Translations under genes and position numbers: made by a program | Part shown: in pieces, positions 1 to 10,168 of the stretch | Layout: every line of letters starts with the position of its first letter | Position numbering within the stretch: position 1 is the stretch's first letter | Source of the DNA: Escherichia coli | GTDB lineage: Bacteria; Pseudomonadota; Gammaproteobacteria; Enterobacterales; Enterobacteriaceae | Strand: one strand, 5' to 3' | DNA: 64,000 nt | NCBI RefSeq assembly: GCF_050920415.1 | Contig: NZ_CP169309.1 | The notes under the pieces: model-generated | What the model was told of the DNA's origin: nothing | The model's input: only the letters and a program-made list of their open reading frames with translations | Databases searched by the model: none

Positions 1-71
1 GTCCTGACTCTACTGGCTATGTGCCGGGTAGCATGAAATAATTAGCGCCAACAATTTAGCAGGAGTTAACA

Positions 72-251
72 ATGTTTGCAGGTTTACCTTCACTCACCCA
101 TGAACAGCAGCAAAAAGCCGTCGAGCGGATCCAGGAACTGATGGCACAAGGGATGAGCAGCGGCCAGGCAATCGCGTTGGTGGCAGAAGAGCTGCGTGCC
201 AACCATTCCGGCGAGCGAATCGTGGCGCGTTTTGAGGATGAAGACGAGTAA
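72..251 (+). CDS. yoaH: YoaH, UPF0181 small protein (59 aa)
   Basis: ATG at 72 with AGGAG RBS 7 nt upstream. Translation [59 protein letters not shown] matches my memory of YoaH. It is 59 aa, just below the 60-aa cutoff of the ORF track, so it is not listed there. Confidence 0.85.
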
Positions 252-370
252 CACACTAATCCGTATCGCTTTCGTTATAGAAGCCGATGGTTATTTGATT
301 GTGAGAAAAAGGACGCTTTTCATATGTGATTAAAAGCGTCCTGACCCATTTATGCTGATGTAAATTTAAC

Positions 371-670
371 TTAGACCAGTGCTTTTAGTTCTTCCTGCAT
401 ATATGTTGAAAAGTATTCAGGATTTTTAATCACAATGCGTTCACCAGACTCCATTTTTTTTGCCCATCCAACCATTTTTTCCGTGAACCCCGGGTTCCAG
501 CCTTCCTGGTCAGCTCGCGCCGTAATATCAGCGGCACTCGCGGGTACTCCCAGTTCTTTCAAATATTTAAAGATTCCCTTCGCCGTGCTTTCATTCATCG
601 AACTTGGTGTTGGCGCTGATACATCCATGGCACCAATGAAATCCAGGGCTTTATCTATTACAGCAGGCAT
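371..670 (-). CDS. yoaC: YoaC, DUF1889 family protein
   Basis: ORF 371..730 on the minus strand. The likely true start is the internal Met (MPAVIDKALDFIG...), giving about 99 aa. The 20 codons upstream are of uncertain status. Synteny next to yoaB and yoaH. Confidence 0.75.
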   Translation of the reverse strand: MPAVIDKALDFIGAMDVSAPTPSSMNESTAKGIFKYLKELGVPASAADITARADQEGWNPGFTEKMVGWAKKMESGERIVIKNPEYFSTYMQEELKALV

Positions 671-1091
671 ATTCTTATCCTTAAAATTAACCATGTTATC
701 GATAAGGCTATATATGACCTTAATTTGCATCTAATATCAAAGGGATTATAACGATATGGCACGAGTTAACCTGTTGACATTCAGGTGTTTTAAAGGTAGC
801 AGCTCATGGTGTGTTATCCAGTAAGAGGGAGAAAATTAACGGTCAGTTCTCACGCTATAACCAGATTGTTCAGCTAAGAAAGAAAACCAGAGATGCTAAT
901 CGAAGGGCGAACACAACGGCATTGTTATGTTTATTTATATAGTTAGTTTTATAGCTAAAATTGAAATTATAAAAATAAATAATGAATTAGCAGGAGCATC
1001 AACAGTAATATCTTAATCTCTGGTCGATTTATGTAAAACCGACCAGTATTATCGATAAATTATCGTCTGACTTATTTTGCTTCGATAAAGC

Positions 1092-1436
1092 TTACACCGC
1101 AGCCACAATCTTAATTTCAACTTTATACTTCGGGTTCATCAAACCCGCTTGTACCGTGCAGCGCACCGGCGCATGACCCGCGACAACCCAGGCATCCCAC
1201 GCTTTATTCATCGCCGCGAAGTCGTTTTTATCAGCCAGGAAAATGGTGGCATCCAGAATGCTCGATTTATTGCTGCCCTGTTTTTCCAGCACGGCGTCAA
1301 TCTGCGCCAGCGTGTTGGCGGTTTGCTCAAAGGCATTGGCGTCAAGGTTTTCCGGCACACCCGTATAGTAGAGAGTGTTGTTGTGGATCACGACATCAGA
1401 CCAGCGGGCTTCGGCGTCGATACGAACGATAGTCAT
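1092..1436 (-). CDS. yoaB: YoaB, RidA/YjgF-family protein (114 aa)
   Basis: MTIVRIDAEARWSDVVIHNNTLYYTGVPENLD... The RidA-like sequence begins at the second in-frame Met. Confidence 0.85.
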   Translation of the reverse strand: MTIVRIDAEARWSDVVIHNNTLYYTGVPENLDANAFEQTANTLAQIDAVLEKQGSNKSSILDATIFLADKNDFAAMNKAWDAWVVAGHAPVRCTVQAGLMNPKYKVEIKIVAAV

Positions 1437-1567
1437 CATTTTGTCCTCATTATACTTCCATTTTCGTGCTGCAAAGACTGCCACAATGTGAGGTCGCCGT
1501 CACCACTTCAACTGGCGAAAGCGCCCTCATCCTGACATAATCCCTGTTCAAATCAACAGGGGGTAGT

Positions 1568-3478
1568 GTGACGGACGATTTTGCACCAGATGGTCAGCTG
1601 GCGAAAGCAATACCAGGCTTTAAGCCGCGAGAACCACAGCGACAGATGGCGGTAGCCGTCACCCAGGCGATAGAAAAAAGCCAGCCGCTGGTGGTGGAAG
1701 CCGGAACCGGTACGGGCAAAACCTACGCTTACCTGGCCCCTGCGCTGCGGGCGAAAAAGAAAGTCATTATCTCGACCGGCTCAAAAGCGTTGCAGGATCA
1801 GCTCTACAGCCGCGATTTGCCAACGGTCTCAAAGGCGTTGAAATACACGGGCAACGTGGCGTTGCTGAAAGGGCGCTCAAACTATCTCTGCCTCGAACGA
1901 CTGGAACAGCAGGCGCTGGCGGGCGGCGATTTGCCGGTACAAATCTTAAGCGATGTGATCCTGCTGCGCTCCTGGTCCAATCAGACGGTAGATGGCGATA
2001 TCAGCACCTGCGTCAGCGTGGCGGAAGATTCGCAGGCGTGGCCGTTGGTCACCAGCACCAACGACAACTGTCTTGGCAGCGATTGCCCGATGTATAAAGA
2101 TTGCTTTGTGGTTAAAGCACGCAAAAAAGCGATGGACGCCGATGTGGTGGTGGTAAACCATCATCTGTTTCTGGCGGATATGGTGGTGAAAGAGAGTGGA
2201 TTTGGCGAACTGATCCCGGAAGCTGACGTGATGATCTTCGACGAAGCCCACCAACTGCCTGACATTGCCAGCCAGTATTTTGGTCAGTCATTCTCCAGTC
2301 GACAACTGCTCGACCTGGCAAAAGACATCACCATCGCCTACCGCACCGAATTAAAAGACACCCAGCAGTTACAAAAGTGCGCCGACCGCCTTGCCCAGAG
2401 CGCGCAGGATTTTCGCCTTCAATTAGGTGAGCCAGGTTATCGTGGCAACCTGCGCGAACTGTTAGCTAATCCGCAAATTCAGCGAGCATTTTTACTGCTC
2501 GATGACACCCTGGAACTTTGTTATGACGTGGCGAAACTGTCGCTGGGGCGTTCCGCCTTGCTGGATGCGGCATTTGAGCGCGCCACGTTGTATCGTACGC
2601 GGCTGAAACGGCTAAAAGAGATCAATCAGCCGGGCTACAGCTACTGGTACGAATGCACTTCGCGCCATTTTACTCTGGCACTCACGCCGCTCAGCGTGGC
2701 GGATAAATTCAAAGAATTAATGGCGCTAAAACCAGGTAGCTGGATCTTTACCTCAGCAACGCTGTCGGTGAATGACGATCTGCATCATTTTACCTCGCGG
2801 CTTGGCATTGAACAGGCAGAGTCGTTGCTGTTACCCAGCCCGTTTGATTACAGCCGCCAGGCGTTACTCTGTGTGCCGCGCAACCTGCCGCAAACCAATC
2901 AACCGGGCTCCGCACGGCAACTGGCGGCAATGTTGCGACCGATCATCGAAGCTAACAACGGTCGTTGTTTTATGCTTTGTACCTCGCACGCCATGATGCG
3001 CGATCTGGCCGAGCAGTTCCGCGCTACCATGACGCTTCCCGTTTTGTTGCAGGGGGAAACCAGCAAAGGGCAACTGTTGCAGCAATTTGTCAGCGCCGGT
3101 AACGCGCTGCTTGTGGCAACCAGCAGCTTCTGGGAAGGGGTGGATGTGCGTGGCGATACATTGTCATTGGTGATTATCGACAAGTTGCCGTTTACCTCAC
3201 CGGATGATCCACTATTAAAAGCGCGCATGGAAGATTGCCGTTTGCGCGGAGGCGACCCGTTCGATGAAGTACAGCTGCCGGATGCGGTCATTACTCTCAA
3301 GCAGGGGGTAGGGCGACTGATTCGCGACGCCGACGATCGAGGGGTTTTGGTGATTTGCGACAATCGGCTGGTGATGCGCCCTTACGGCGCGACGTTTCTC
3401 GCCAGTCTGCCGCCAGCGCCGCGCACCCGTGACATTGCCCGTGCGGTTCGTTTCCTTGCGATACCATCCTCCAGGTAA
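1568..3478 (+). CDS. yoaA: YoaA, DinG-family ATP-dependent helicase
   Basis: 636 aa. Walker A motif EAGTGTGKT, DEAH-type motif FDEAHQL and the Cys cluster of an Fe-S helicase domain (CLGSDCPMYKDC). Confidence 0.92.
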   Translation: MTDDFAPDGQLAKAIPGFKPREPQRQMAVAVTQAIEKSQPLVVEAGTGTGKTYAYLAPALRAKKKVIISTGSKALQDQLYSRDLPTVSKALKYTGNVALLKGRSNYLCLERLEQQALAGGDLPVQILSDVILLRSWSNQTVDGDISTCVSVAEDSQAWPLVTSTNDNCLGSDCPMYKDCFVVKARKKAMDADVVVVNHHLFLADMVVKESGFGELIPEADVMIFDEAHQLPDIASQYFGQSFSSRQLLDLAKDITIAYRTELKDTQQLQKCADRLAQSAQDFRLQLGEPGYRGNLRELLANPQIQRAFLLLDDTLELCYDVAKLSLGRSALLDAAFERATLYRTRLKRLKEINQPGYSYWYECTSRHFTLALTPLSVADKFKELMALKPGSWIFTSATLSVNDDLHHFTSRLGIEQAESLLLPSPFDYSRQALLCVPRNLPQTNQPGSARQLAAMLRPIIEANNGRCFMLCTSHAMMRDLAEQFRATMTLPVLLQGETSKGQLLQQFVSAGNALLVATSSFWEGVDVRGDTLSLVIIDKLPFTSPDDPLLKARMEDCRLRGGDPFDEVQLPDAVITLKQGVGRLIRDADDRGVLVICDNRLVMRPYGATFLASLPPAPRTRDIARAVRFLAIPSSR

Positions 3479-3535
3479 TTTGTGATGGAGTATGGTATGA
3501 TGCGCGCCTTTTTATTGATCTAAGCACGAAGACCC

Positions 3536-4231
3536 ATGCGAATTCTGGCTATCGATACCGCGACAGAGGCCTGCTCTGTCGCCCTGTGGAACGACGGTAC
3601 TGTCAACGCTCATTTTGAGCTTTGCCCTCGTGAACATACTCAACGAATCTTACCGATGGTGCAGGATATCCTGACCACCAGCGGAACTTCCCTGACGGAC
3701 ATAAATGCTCTGGCTTACGGGCGCGGCCCCGGTAGCTTTACCGGCGTGCGCATTGGTATTGGCATTGCGCAAGGGCTGGCGCTTGGCGCGGAATTACCGA
3801 TGATTGGCGTCTCCACGCTAATGACGATGGCGCAAGGGGCGTGGCGCAAAAACGGCGCAACCCGCGTGCTGGCAGCCATTGACGCGCGAATGGGCGAAGT
3901 TTACTGGGCCGAATATCAGCGTGATGAAAATGGTATCTGGCACGGTGAAGAAACCGAAGCCGTACTCAAACCTGAACTCGTTCATGAACGGATGCAACAG
4001 CTTTCCGGCGAATGGGTGACGGTAGGGACGGGCTGGCAAGCCTGGCCGGATCTCGGTAAAGAGAACGGTTTGGCCCTGCGCGATGGCGAAGTGTTACTGC
4101 CCGCTGCAGAAGATATGCTGCCGATTGCTTGTCAGATGTTTGCCGAGGGTAAAACGGTGGCGGTGGAACATGCCGAACCGGTTTATTTACGTAACAACGT
4201 CGCATGGAAGAAACTTCCGGGCAAAGAATGA
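3536..4231 (+). CDS. tsaB: TsaB (YeaZ), tRNA t6A37 threonylcarbamoyladenosine biosynthesis protein
   Basis: 231 aa, [18 protein letters not shown]... Kae1/YgjD-family inactive paralog. Synteny with yoaA and yeaY. Confidence 0.92.
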   Translation: MRILAIDTATEACSVALWNDGTVNAHFELCPREHTQRILPMVQDILTTSGTSLTDINALAYGRGPGSFTGVRIGIGIAQGLALGAELPMIGVSTLMTMAQGAWRKNGATRVLAAIDARMGEVYWAEYQRDENGIWHGEETEAVLKPELVHERMQQLSGEWVTVGTGWQAWPDLGKENGLALRDGEVLLPAAEDMLPIACQMFAEGKTVAVEHAEPVYLRNNVAWKKLPGKE

Positions 4232-4269
4232 ATCTTAAGAGTATGCCCTGAGAAAAAAGGAGTCGCATC

Positions 4270-4851
4270 ATGGCGGTTCAAAAGAATGTTATCAAAGGCA
4301 TACTGGCAGGTACGTTTGCGCTAATGCTGAGCGGTTGTGTTACTGTGCCGGATGCCATTAAAGGCAGCAGTCCCACGCCGCAACAAGATTTAGTTCGGGT
4401 GATGAGTGCGCCGCAGCTGTACGTTGGTCAGGAGGCACGCTTTGGCGGCAAAGTGGTTGCGGTACAAAACCAGCAAGGGAAAACCCGCCTGGAAATTGCT
4501 ACCGTACCGCTCGACAGCGGAGCCAGACCAACTTTGGGAGAACCTTCTCGCGGTCGCATTTATGCCGATGTGAACGGTTTTCTGGATCCGGTAGATTTTC
4601 GTGGACAATTGGTCACGGTAGTTGGACCAATCACCGGTGCGGTTGACGGCAAAATCGGCAACACGCCCTATAAATTTATGGTGATGCAGGTAACGGGTTA
4701 CAAACGTTGGCATTTAACCCAGCAGGTGATTATGCCGCCTCAGCCGATTGATCCATGGTTTTATGGCGGTCGTGGCTGGCCCTATGGCTACGGTGGATGG
4801 GGCTGGTATAATCCCGGCCCCGCGAGAGTACAAACTGTTGTAACTGAATAA
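4270..4851 (+). CDS. yeaY: YeaY, Slp-family outer membrane lipoprotein
   Basis: 193 aa. Signal peptide with lipobox (LMLSGC). Slp-like sequence. Confidence 0.88.
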
Positions 4852-4878
4852 TTGCTTGTTTTTAAAGAAAAAGAAACA

Positions 4879-4897
4879 GCGGCTGGTCCGCTGTTTC
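4879..4897 (+). promoter_or_regulatory. Distal FadR operator of fadD, overlapping the yeaY terminator hairpin
   Basis: AAACAGCGGCTGGTCCGCTGTTTC matches the FadR consensus core CTGGTCNGAC..TGTT. It lies about 86 bp upstream of the proximal site. The same inverted repeat (aaacagcgg/ccgctgttt) is a plausible yeaY terminator stem. Confidence 0.6.
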
Positions 4898-4966
4898 TGC
4901 ATTCTTACGGTAAAGATAAAAATAAATAGTGACGCGCTTCGCAACCTTTTCGTTGGGTAATCATCA

Positions 4967-4983
4967 AGCTGGTATGATGAGTT
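4967..4983 (+). promoter_or_regulatory. Proximal FadR operator of fadD
   Basis: AGCTGGTATGATGAGTT against the FadR consensus ANCTGGTCNGANNTGTT. It sits just upstream of fadD, consistent with the known two-site arrangement. Confidence 0.65.
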
Positions 4984-5055
4984 AATATTATGTTAACGGC
5001 ATGTATATCATTTGGGGTTGCGATGACGACGAACACGCATTTTAGAGGTGAAGAA

Positions 5056-6741
5056 TTGAAGAAGGTTTGGCTTAACCGTTATCCCGCGGACGTTCCGACG
5101 GAGATCAACCCTGACCGTTATCAATCTCTGGTAGATATGTTTGAGCAGTCGGTCGCGCGCTACGCCGATCAACCCGCGTTTGTGAATATGGGGGAGGTGA
5201 TGACCTTCCGCAAACTGGAAGAACGCAGTCGCGCGTTTGCCGCTTATTTGCAACAAGGGTTGGGACTGAAGAAAGGCGATCGCGTTGCGTTGATGATGCC
5301 TAATTTATTGCAATATCCGGTGGCGCTGTTTGGCATTTTGCGTGCCGGGATGATTGTCGTAAACGTTAACCCGTTGTATACCCCGCGTGAACTTGAGCAT
5401 CAGCTTAACGATAGCGGCGCATCGGCGATTGTTATCGTGTCTAACTTTGCCCACACTCTGGAAAAAGTGGTTGATAAAACCGCCGTTCAGCACGTAATTC
5501 TGACCCGTATGGGCGATCAGCTATCTACGGCAAAAGGCACGGTAGTCAATTTCGTTGTTAAATACATCAAGCGTCTGGTGCCGAAATACCATCTGCCAGA
5601 TGCCATCTCATTTCGTAGCGCCCTGCACAACGGCTACCGGATGCAGTACGTCAAACCCGAACTGGTGCCGGAAGATTTAGCTTTCCTGCAATACACCGGC
5701 GGTACCACTGGTGTGGCGAAAGGCGCGATGCTGACTCACCGCAATATGCTGGCGAACCTGGAACAGGTTAACGCGACTTATGGGCCGCTGTTGCATCCGG
5801 GCAAAGAGCTGGTGGTGACGGCGCTGCCGCTGTATCACATTTTTGCACTGACCATTAACTGCCTGCTGTTTATTGAACTGGGTGGGCAGAACTTGCTTAT
5901 CACTAACCCGCGCGATATTCCGGGGTTGGTAAAAGAGTTAGCGAAATATCCGTTTACCGCGATAACCGGCGTTAACACCTTGTTCAATGCGTTGCTGAAC
6001 AATAAAGAGTTCCAGCAGCTGGATTTCTCCAGTCTGCATCTTTCTGCAGGCGGTGGTATGCCTGTTCAACAAGTGGTGGCTGAACGTTGGGTGAAACTGA
6101 CCGGACAGTATCTGCTGGAAGGTTATGGCCTGACCGAGTGTGCGCCGCTGGTCAGCGTTAACCCGTATGATATTGATTATCATAGTGGTAGCATCGGTTT
6201 GCCGGTGCCGTCGACGGAAGCCAAACTGGTGGATGATGATGATAACGAAGTACCACCGGGTCAACCGGGTGAGCTTTGTGTCAAAGGACCGCAGGTGATG
6301 CTGGGCTACTGGCAGCGTCCGGATGCCACTGATGAAATCATCAAAAACGGTTGGCTACACACTGGCGACATTGCCGTAATGGACGAAGAAGGTTTCTTAC
6401 GCATCGTTGATCGCAAAAAAGACATGATTCTGGTTTCCGGTTTTAACGTCTATCCCAACGAGATTGAAGATGTCGTCATGCAGCATCCTGGCGTACAGGA
6501 AGTCGCGGCTGTTGGCGTACCTTCCGGCTCAAGTGGTGAAGCGGTGAAAATCTTCGTTGTGAAAAAAGATCCATCGCTTACCGAAGAGTCACTGGTGACT
6601 TTTTGCCGCCGTCAGCTCACGGGCTACAAAGTACCGAAGCTGGTGGAGTTTCGTGATGAGTTACCGAAATCTAACGTCGGAAAAATTTTGCGACGAGAAT
6701 TACGTGACGAAGCGCGCGGCAAAGTGGACAATAAAGCCTGA
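5056..6741 (+). CDS. fadD: Long-chain fatty acyl-CoA synthetase FadD (561 aa)
   Basis: TTG start at 5056 ([14 protein letters not shown]...). This matches my recollection of the FadD sequence and its non-AUG start. AMP-binding motif [11 protein letters not shown]. The ORF track's longer ORF (4990) includes 22 spurious codons. Confidence 0.93.
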
Positions 6742-6761
6742 GCGTTAAGTCAGTCGTCAGA

Positions 6762-6787
6762 CGCCGGTTAATCCGGCGTTTTTTTTG
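6762..6787 (+). terminator. Intrinsic terminator of fadD
   Basis: Hairpin cgccggttaatccggcg followed by TTTTTTTT. Confidence 0.8.
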
Positions 6788-6810
6788 ACGCCCACTAAAG
6801 AGAATACAAT

Positions 6811-7938
6811 TTGAATTACCAAATGATTACCACGGACGATGCGCTGGCTTCTTTGTGTGAAGCTGTCCGTGCCTTTCCGGCGATAGCCCTGGATACTGAA
6901 TTTGTTCGTACGCGCACCTATTACCCGCAGCTGGGTCTAATTCAACTTTTCGATGGCGAGCATCTGGCGCTAATTGATCCTCTCGTGATCACCGACTGGT
7001 CACCGCTGAAAGCGATCCTGCGCGATCCGTCCATCACAAAATTTCTCCATGCAGGCAGTGAAGATCTGGAAGTGTTCCTCAATGTCTTTGGCGAATTACC
7101 ACAACCCCTGATTGACACGCAAATCCTTGCTGCCTTCTGCGGACGCCCGATGTCATGGGGTTTTGCTTCCATGGTGGAAGAGTATTCCGGCGTTACGCTG
7201 GACAAGAGTGAATCGCGCACCGACTGGCTGGCCAGACCGCTGACTGAACGTCAGTGTGAATACGCAGCGGCGGATGTCTGGTATCTGTTACCGATCACCG
7301 CAAAGCTTATGGTAGAAACGGAGGCCTCCGGCTGGCTACCTGCGGCGCTGGATGAATGCCGCCTGATGCAAATGCGTCGTCAGGAAGTCGTTGCGCCGGA
7401 AGATGCCTGGCGTGATATCACCAATGCCTGGCAGTTACGCACACGCCAACTGGCCTGTCTGCAACTGTTAGCCGATTGGCGACTGCGTAAGGCGCGGGAG
7501 CGCGATCTGGCGGTGAACTTTGTCGTGCGTGAAGAGCATTTGTGGTCGGTAGCGCGTTATATGCCGGGAAGTTTAGGCGAACTGGACAGCCTGGGCTTAT
7601 CCGGTAGCGAAATCCGCTTTCACGGTAAAACGCTGCTGGCGCTGGTGGAAAAAGCGCAGACATTGCCGGAAGAGGCCTTACCGCAGCCGATGCTTAACCT
7701 GATGGACATGCCGGGTTATCGTAAAGCGTTTAAAGCGATTAAGTCGCTGATTACTGACGTGAGCGAAACACACAAGATCAGCGTCGAATTGCTGGCATCG
7801 CGTCGGCAAATCAACCAGCTGCTGAACTGGCACTGGAAACTGAAACCGCAGAACAATTTGCCGGAGCTGATTTCCGGCTGGCGTGGTGAGCTGATGGCGG
7901 AAGCATTACACAATTTATTGCAGGAATATCCACAGTAA
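6811..7938 (+). CDS. rnd: Ribonuclease D (375 aa)
   Basis: TTG start at 6811 (NYQMITTDDALASL...), consistent with the known UUG initiation of rnd. DEDDy 3'-5' exonuclease domain plus HRDC domain. Confidence 0.92.
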   Translation: MNYQMITTDDALASLCEAVRAFPAIALDTEFVRTRTYYPQLGLIQLFDGEHLALIDPLVITDWSPLKAILRDPSITKFLHAGSEDLEVFLNVFGELPQPLIDTQILAAFCGRPMSWGFASMVEEYSGVTLDKSESRTDWLARPLTERQCEYAAADVWYLLPITAKLMVETEASGWLPAALDECRLMQMRRQEVVAPEDAWRDITNAWQLRTRQLACLQLLADWRLRKARERDLAVNFVVREEHLWSVARYMPGSLGELDSLGLSGSEIRFHGKTLLALVEKAQTLPEEALPQPMLNLMDMPGYRKAFKAIKSLITDVSETHKISVELLASRRQINQLLNWHWKLKPQNNLPELISGWRGELMAEALHNLLQEYPQ

Positions 7939-7944
7939 AATCTT

Positions 7945-7986
7945 CCGAAGCCGGACTGGGCGCGCTCAGCGCCACATCCGGCTTCG
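7945..7986. terminator. Bidirectional stem-loop between convergent rnd and yeaX
   Basis: 11-bp perfect inverted repeat ccgaagccgga ... tccggcttcgg. Confidence 0.6.
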
Positions 7987-7991
7987 GCAAA

Positions 7992-8957
7992 CTACAAATC
8001 CAACACCAGGCGTTTACCCTTCGCGCGTGAACAACAGATCAACATACTTTGCTGGCTGGCACGCTCTTCATCGCTAAAATACTGATCCCGATGGTCAGCT
8101 TCACCTTCCAGTATTGCCGTTTCGCAGGTTCCGCATACCCCTTCACGACATAAACATTCCACTTTCGCTGCTTTATTATTTTCAATAACCTGCAAAATAG
8201 TCATCTCTTCCGGCACCACAAACTCTTTACCGGAACGGGCAAGCACCAGCGTAAATGCATCGCCGGTTTTGTCTTCGATAGCAAATTGCTCAAAGTGCAG
8301 CGTATCGGTGACGATGTCCAGACGCCCAGCTTCACTTCTTACCGCCTCATTTAGCGCCTCGGGGCCACAGGTATAAACATGTGTGCCAGGTTCGATATCC
8401 GCCAATAATCGCGCTAATTCCAGTCGTGTTCCGGTTGATGAATGATGCAAATGGACTTTCTCGGCCTGCGGATGCTGGACTAGCTCATCACGAAATGCGC
8501 AACTTTCTGGATTTCGCGAGCAGTAATGTAACTGCCAGTCGACGTCGCTGTATTGCAACTCTGCCATGTGCGACAGGAAAGGGGTGATACCAATACCGCC
8601 CGCGATAAACAGATGCTTTCTGGCCGAGGGAATTAGCGCAAACAGGTTATTCGGCGTTGAAATCGTTAACCGATCGCCAGCCTTCACTTTCTGATGTAAA
8701 AAACGCGAACCACCGCGCGAATTTTCTTCCAGTCGAACGGCAATCTGATAACGAGACGTATCGAGTGGCGAACTCAGCAGTGAGTACGCATTGCTGTACT
8801 GGTTATCACCATCGGCCATCTGCACAATGATGTGACTTCCGCCGTTGAACGCAGGCAGCGGTTTGCCCTCAGTTGCCACCAGCGTGAAGCGTTTCACCTG
8901 TTCGGTAAGCGGTTCAACCTGGCTCACCTGTACTTCAAACATTTGGTAGTTTGACAT
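7992..8957 (-). CDS. yeaX: YeaX, carnitine monooxygenase reductase subunit (ferredoxin-NAD(P) reductase type, CntB-like)
   Basis: 321 aa. FAD/NAD-binding and C-terminal 2Fe-2S Cys motifs (CREGVCGTCE). Confidence 0.9.
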   Translation of the reverse strand: MSNYQMFEVQVSQVEPLTEQVKRFTLVATEGKPLPAFNGGSHIIVQMADGDNQYSNAYSLLSSPLDTSRYQIAVRLEENSRGGSRFLHQKVKAGDRLTISTPNNLFALIPSARKHLFIAGGIGITPFLSHMAELQYSDVDWQLHYCSRNPESCAFRDELVQHPQAEKVHLHHSSTGTRLELARLLADIEPGTHVYTCGPEALNEAVRSEAGRLDIVTDTLHFEQFAIEDKTGDAFTLVLARSGKEFVVPEEMTILQVIENNKAAKVECLCREGVCGTCETAILEGEADHRDQYFSDEERASQQSMLICCSRAKGKRLVLDL

Positions 8958-9012
8958 TGCTGTACTCCATCAAAAATCAGCCCGGCGGCGGAAAATACCG
9001 CCGCCGATGTCA

Positions 9013-10137
9013 TTAGTCCTTAAACACCTGCGCCAGCAGATTATGGAAATGGGCGATACCGTGTTCGGAAATTCCGCTACCGCTACTGTCGGCCATGATG
9101 CGCCCCTGACCACGATAGCCACGCGATTTCAGCCCTTTCTGTACGCTTTCAACCAGACGTAAATCTTCCGGACGGAACACGTCGCGATACCACTCAATCA
9201 GTGATTTTTGCTCGTCGGTTAACTCTTCATTGGTGAAGTAAATATCGTAGTTTTGCAGGGTAGTTTCAGAATCCACCGGGAATTCATAAATGACCGTCAT
9301 CATCCCTTTGATAGGCGTAACGTTCAGCATTGTGCACGGCCACAGCCAGAAACCGTGGAATGCCGCATCCGTACCCTCTTCAAATTTGAAAGACTGTTCG
9401 GACGGTTTGGCGAAACCGTATTGCAGCGTCCAGTTACCGTGCATGGTGTGCCAGTAACGATCAACCTGAACGGAGTCGGAGAAACCTGGATGCACCGGAC
9501 CACAGTGATAGCACTCGAGATAGTTATCGACAATGTTCTTCCAGTTGGCAGGCGTGCGGGTGGTAAAACGGGCCGCCAGTTTCAGGTCATGGACTTCCGG
9601 GCAGGCTTCCAGCACTTTCTCTCCCAGACCGGGTAACTGATCTTCTACGCTGGTGGCGTTGGGGTCCATGTTGATGAAGACGAATCCGGCATATTCTTCC
9701 AGACGCACCGGAACCAGTTGCGCTTTGTCACTATCGAAATTGGCGACGTTTTCGCAGTTACGCGCATGGGCCAGGTTGCCATCGAGTTTGAATGCCCAGG
9801 CGTGATACGGACAGGTAATTACATTTTTCGCTTTCCCTTCGCCGCTCAATAACTGATGACCACGGTGTGGACAAACGTTATAGAACGCGCGCAAAACCTT
9901 ATCACGACCGCGTACCAGCACGATGCTTTCACCAATGATCTCACGGGTCACGTAATCATTGGCATTCGCCAGTTCGCTGCTGTGAGCGACACAAATCCAG
10001 CTTTTGGCGAAGACGTTCTCTTTTTCGTGTTCAAAGGCATTCTGATCAGTATAAAAACGGGCAGGAATGGTCCACGCCTCTTGCGGGTTAGCGCAAAAAT
10101 TTTCGGGTAGTACAAAGTCAGGGCTCAGATTGCTCAT
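9013..10137 (-). CDS. yeaW: YeaW, Rieske-type carnitine monooxygenase oxygenase subunit (CntA-like), 374 aa
   Basis: Starts MSNLSPDFVLPENF... Rieske motif CPHRGH...CPYHAW. The ORF-track version (414 aa) is a 5' over-extension into the yeaV 3' end. Confidence 0.9.
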   Translation of the reverse strand: MSNLSPDFVLPENFCANPQEAWTIPARFYTDQNAFEHEKENVFAKSWICVAHSSELANANDYVTREIIGESIVLVRGRDKVLRAFYNVCPHRGHQLLSGEGKAKNVITCPYHAWAFKLDGNLAHARNCENVANFDSDKAQLVPVRLEEYAGFVFINMDPNATSVEDQLPGLGEKVLEACPEVHDLKLAARFTTRTPANWKNIVDNYLECYHCGPVHPGFSDSVQVDRYWHTMHGNWTLQYGFAKPSEQSFKFEEGTDAAFHGFWLWPCTMLNVTPIKGMMTVIYEFPVDSETTLQNYDIYFTNEELTDEQKSLIEWYRDVFRPEDLRLVESVQKGLKSRGYRGQGRIMADSSGSGISEHGIAHFHNLLAQVFKD

Positions 10138-10168
10138 AGGGATACCTTTATCGTTAGGATGATGGCGT

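Noticed and set aside
1149-1535. 128-aa + strand ORF overlapping yoaB
   Set aside because: It is antisense to the RidA-family yoaB frame. The composition is Arg- and Pro-rich, typical of an out-of-frame artefact.
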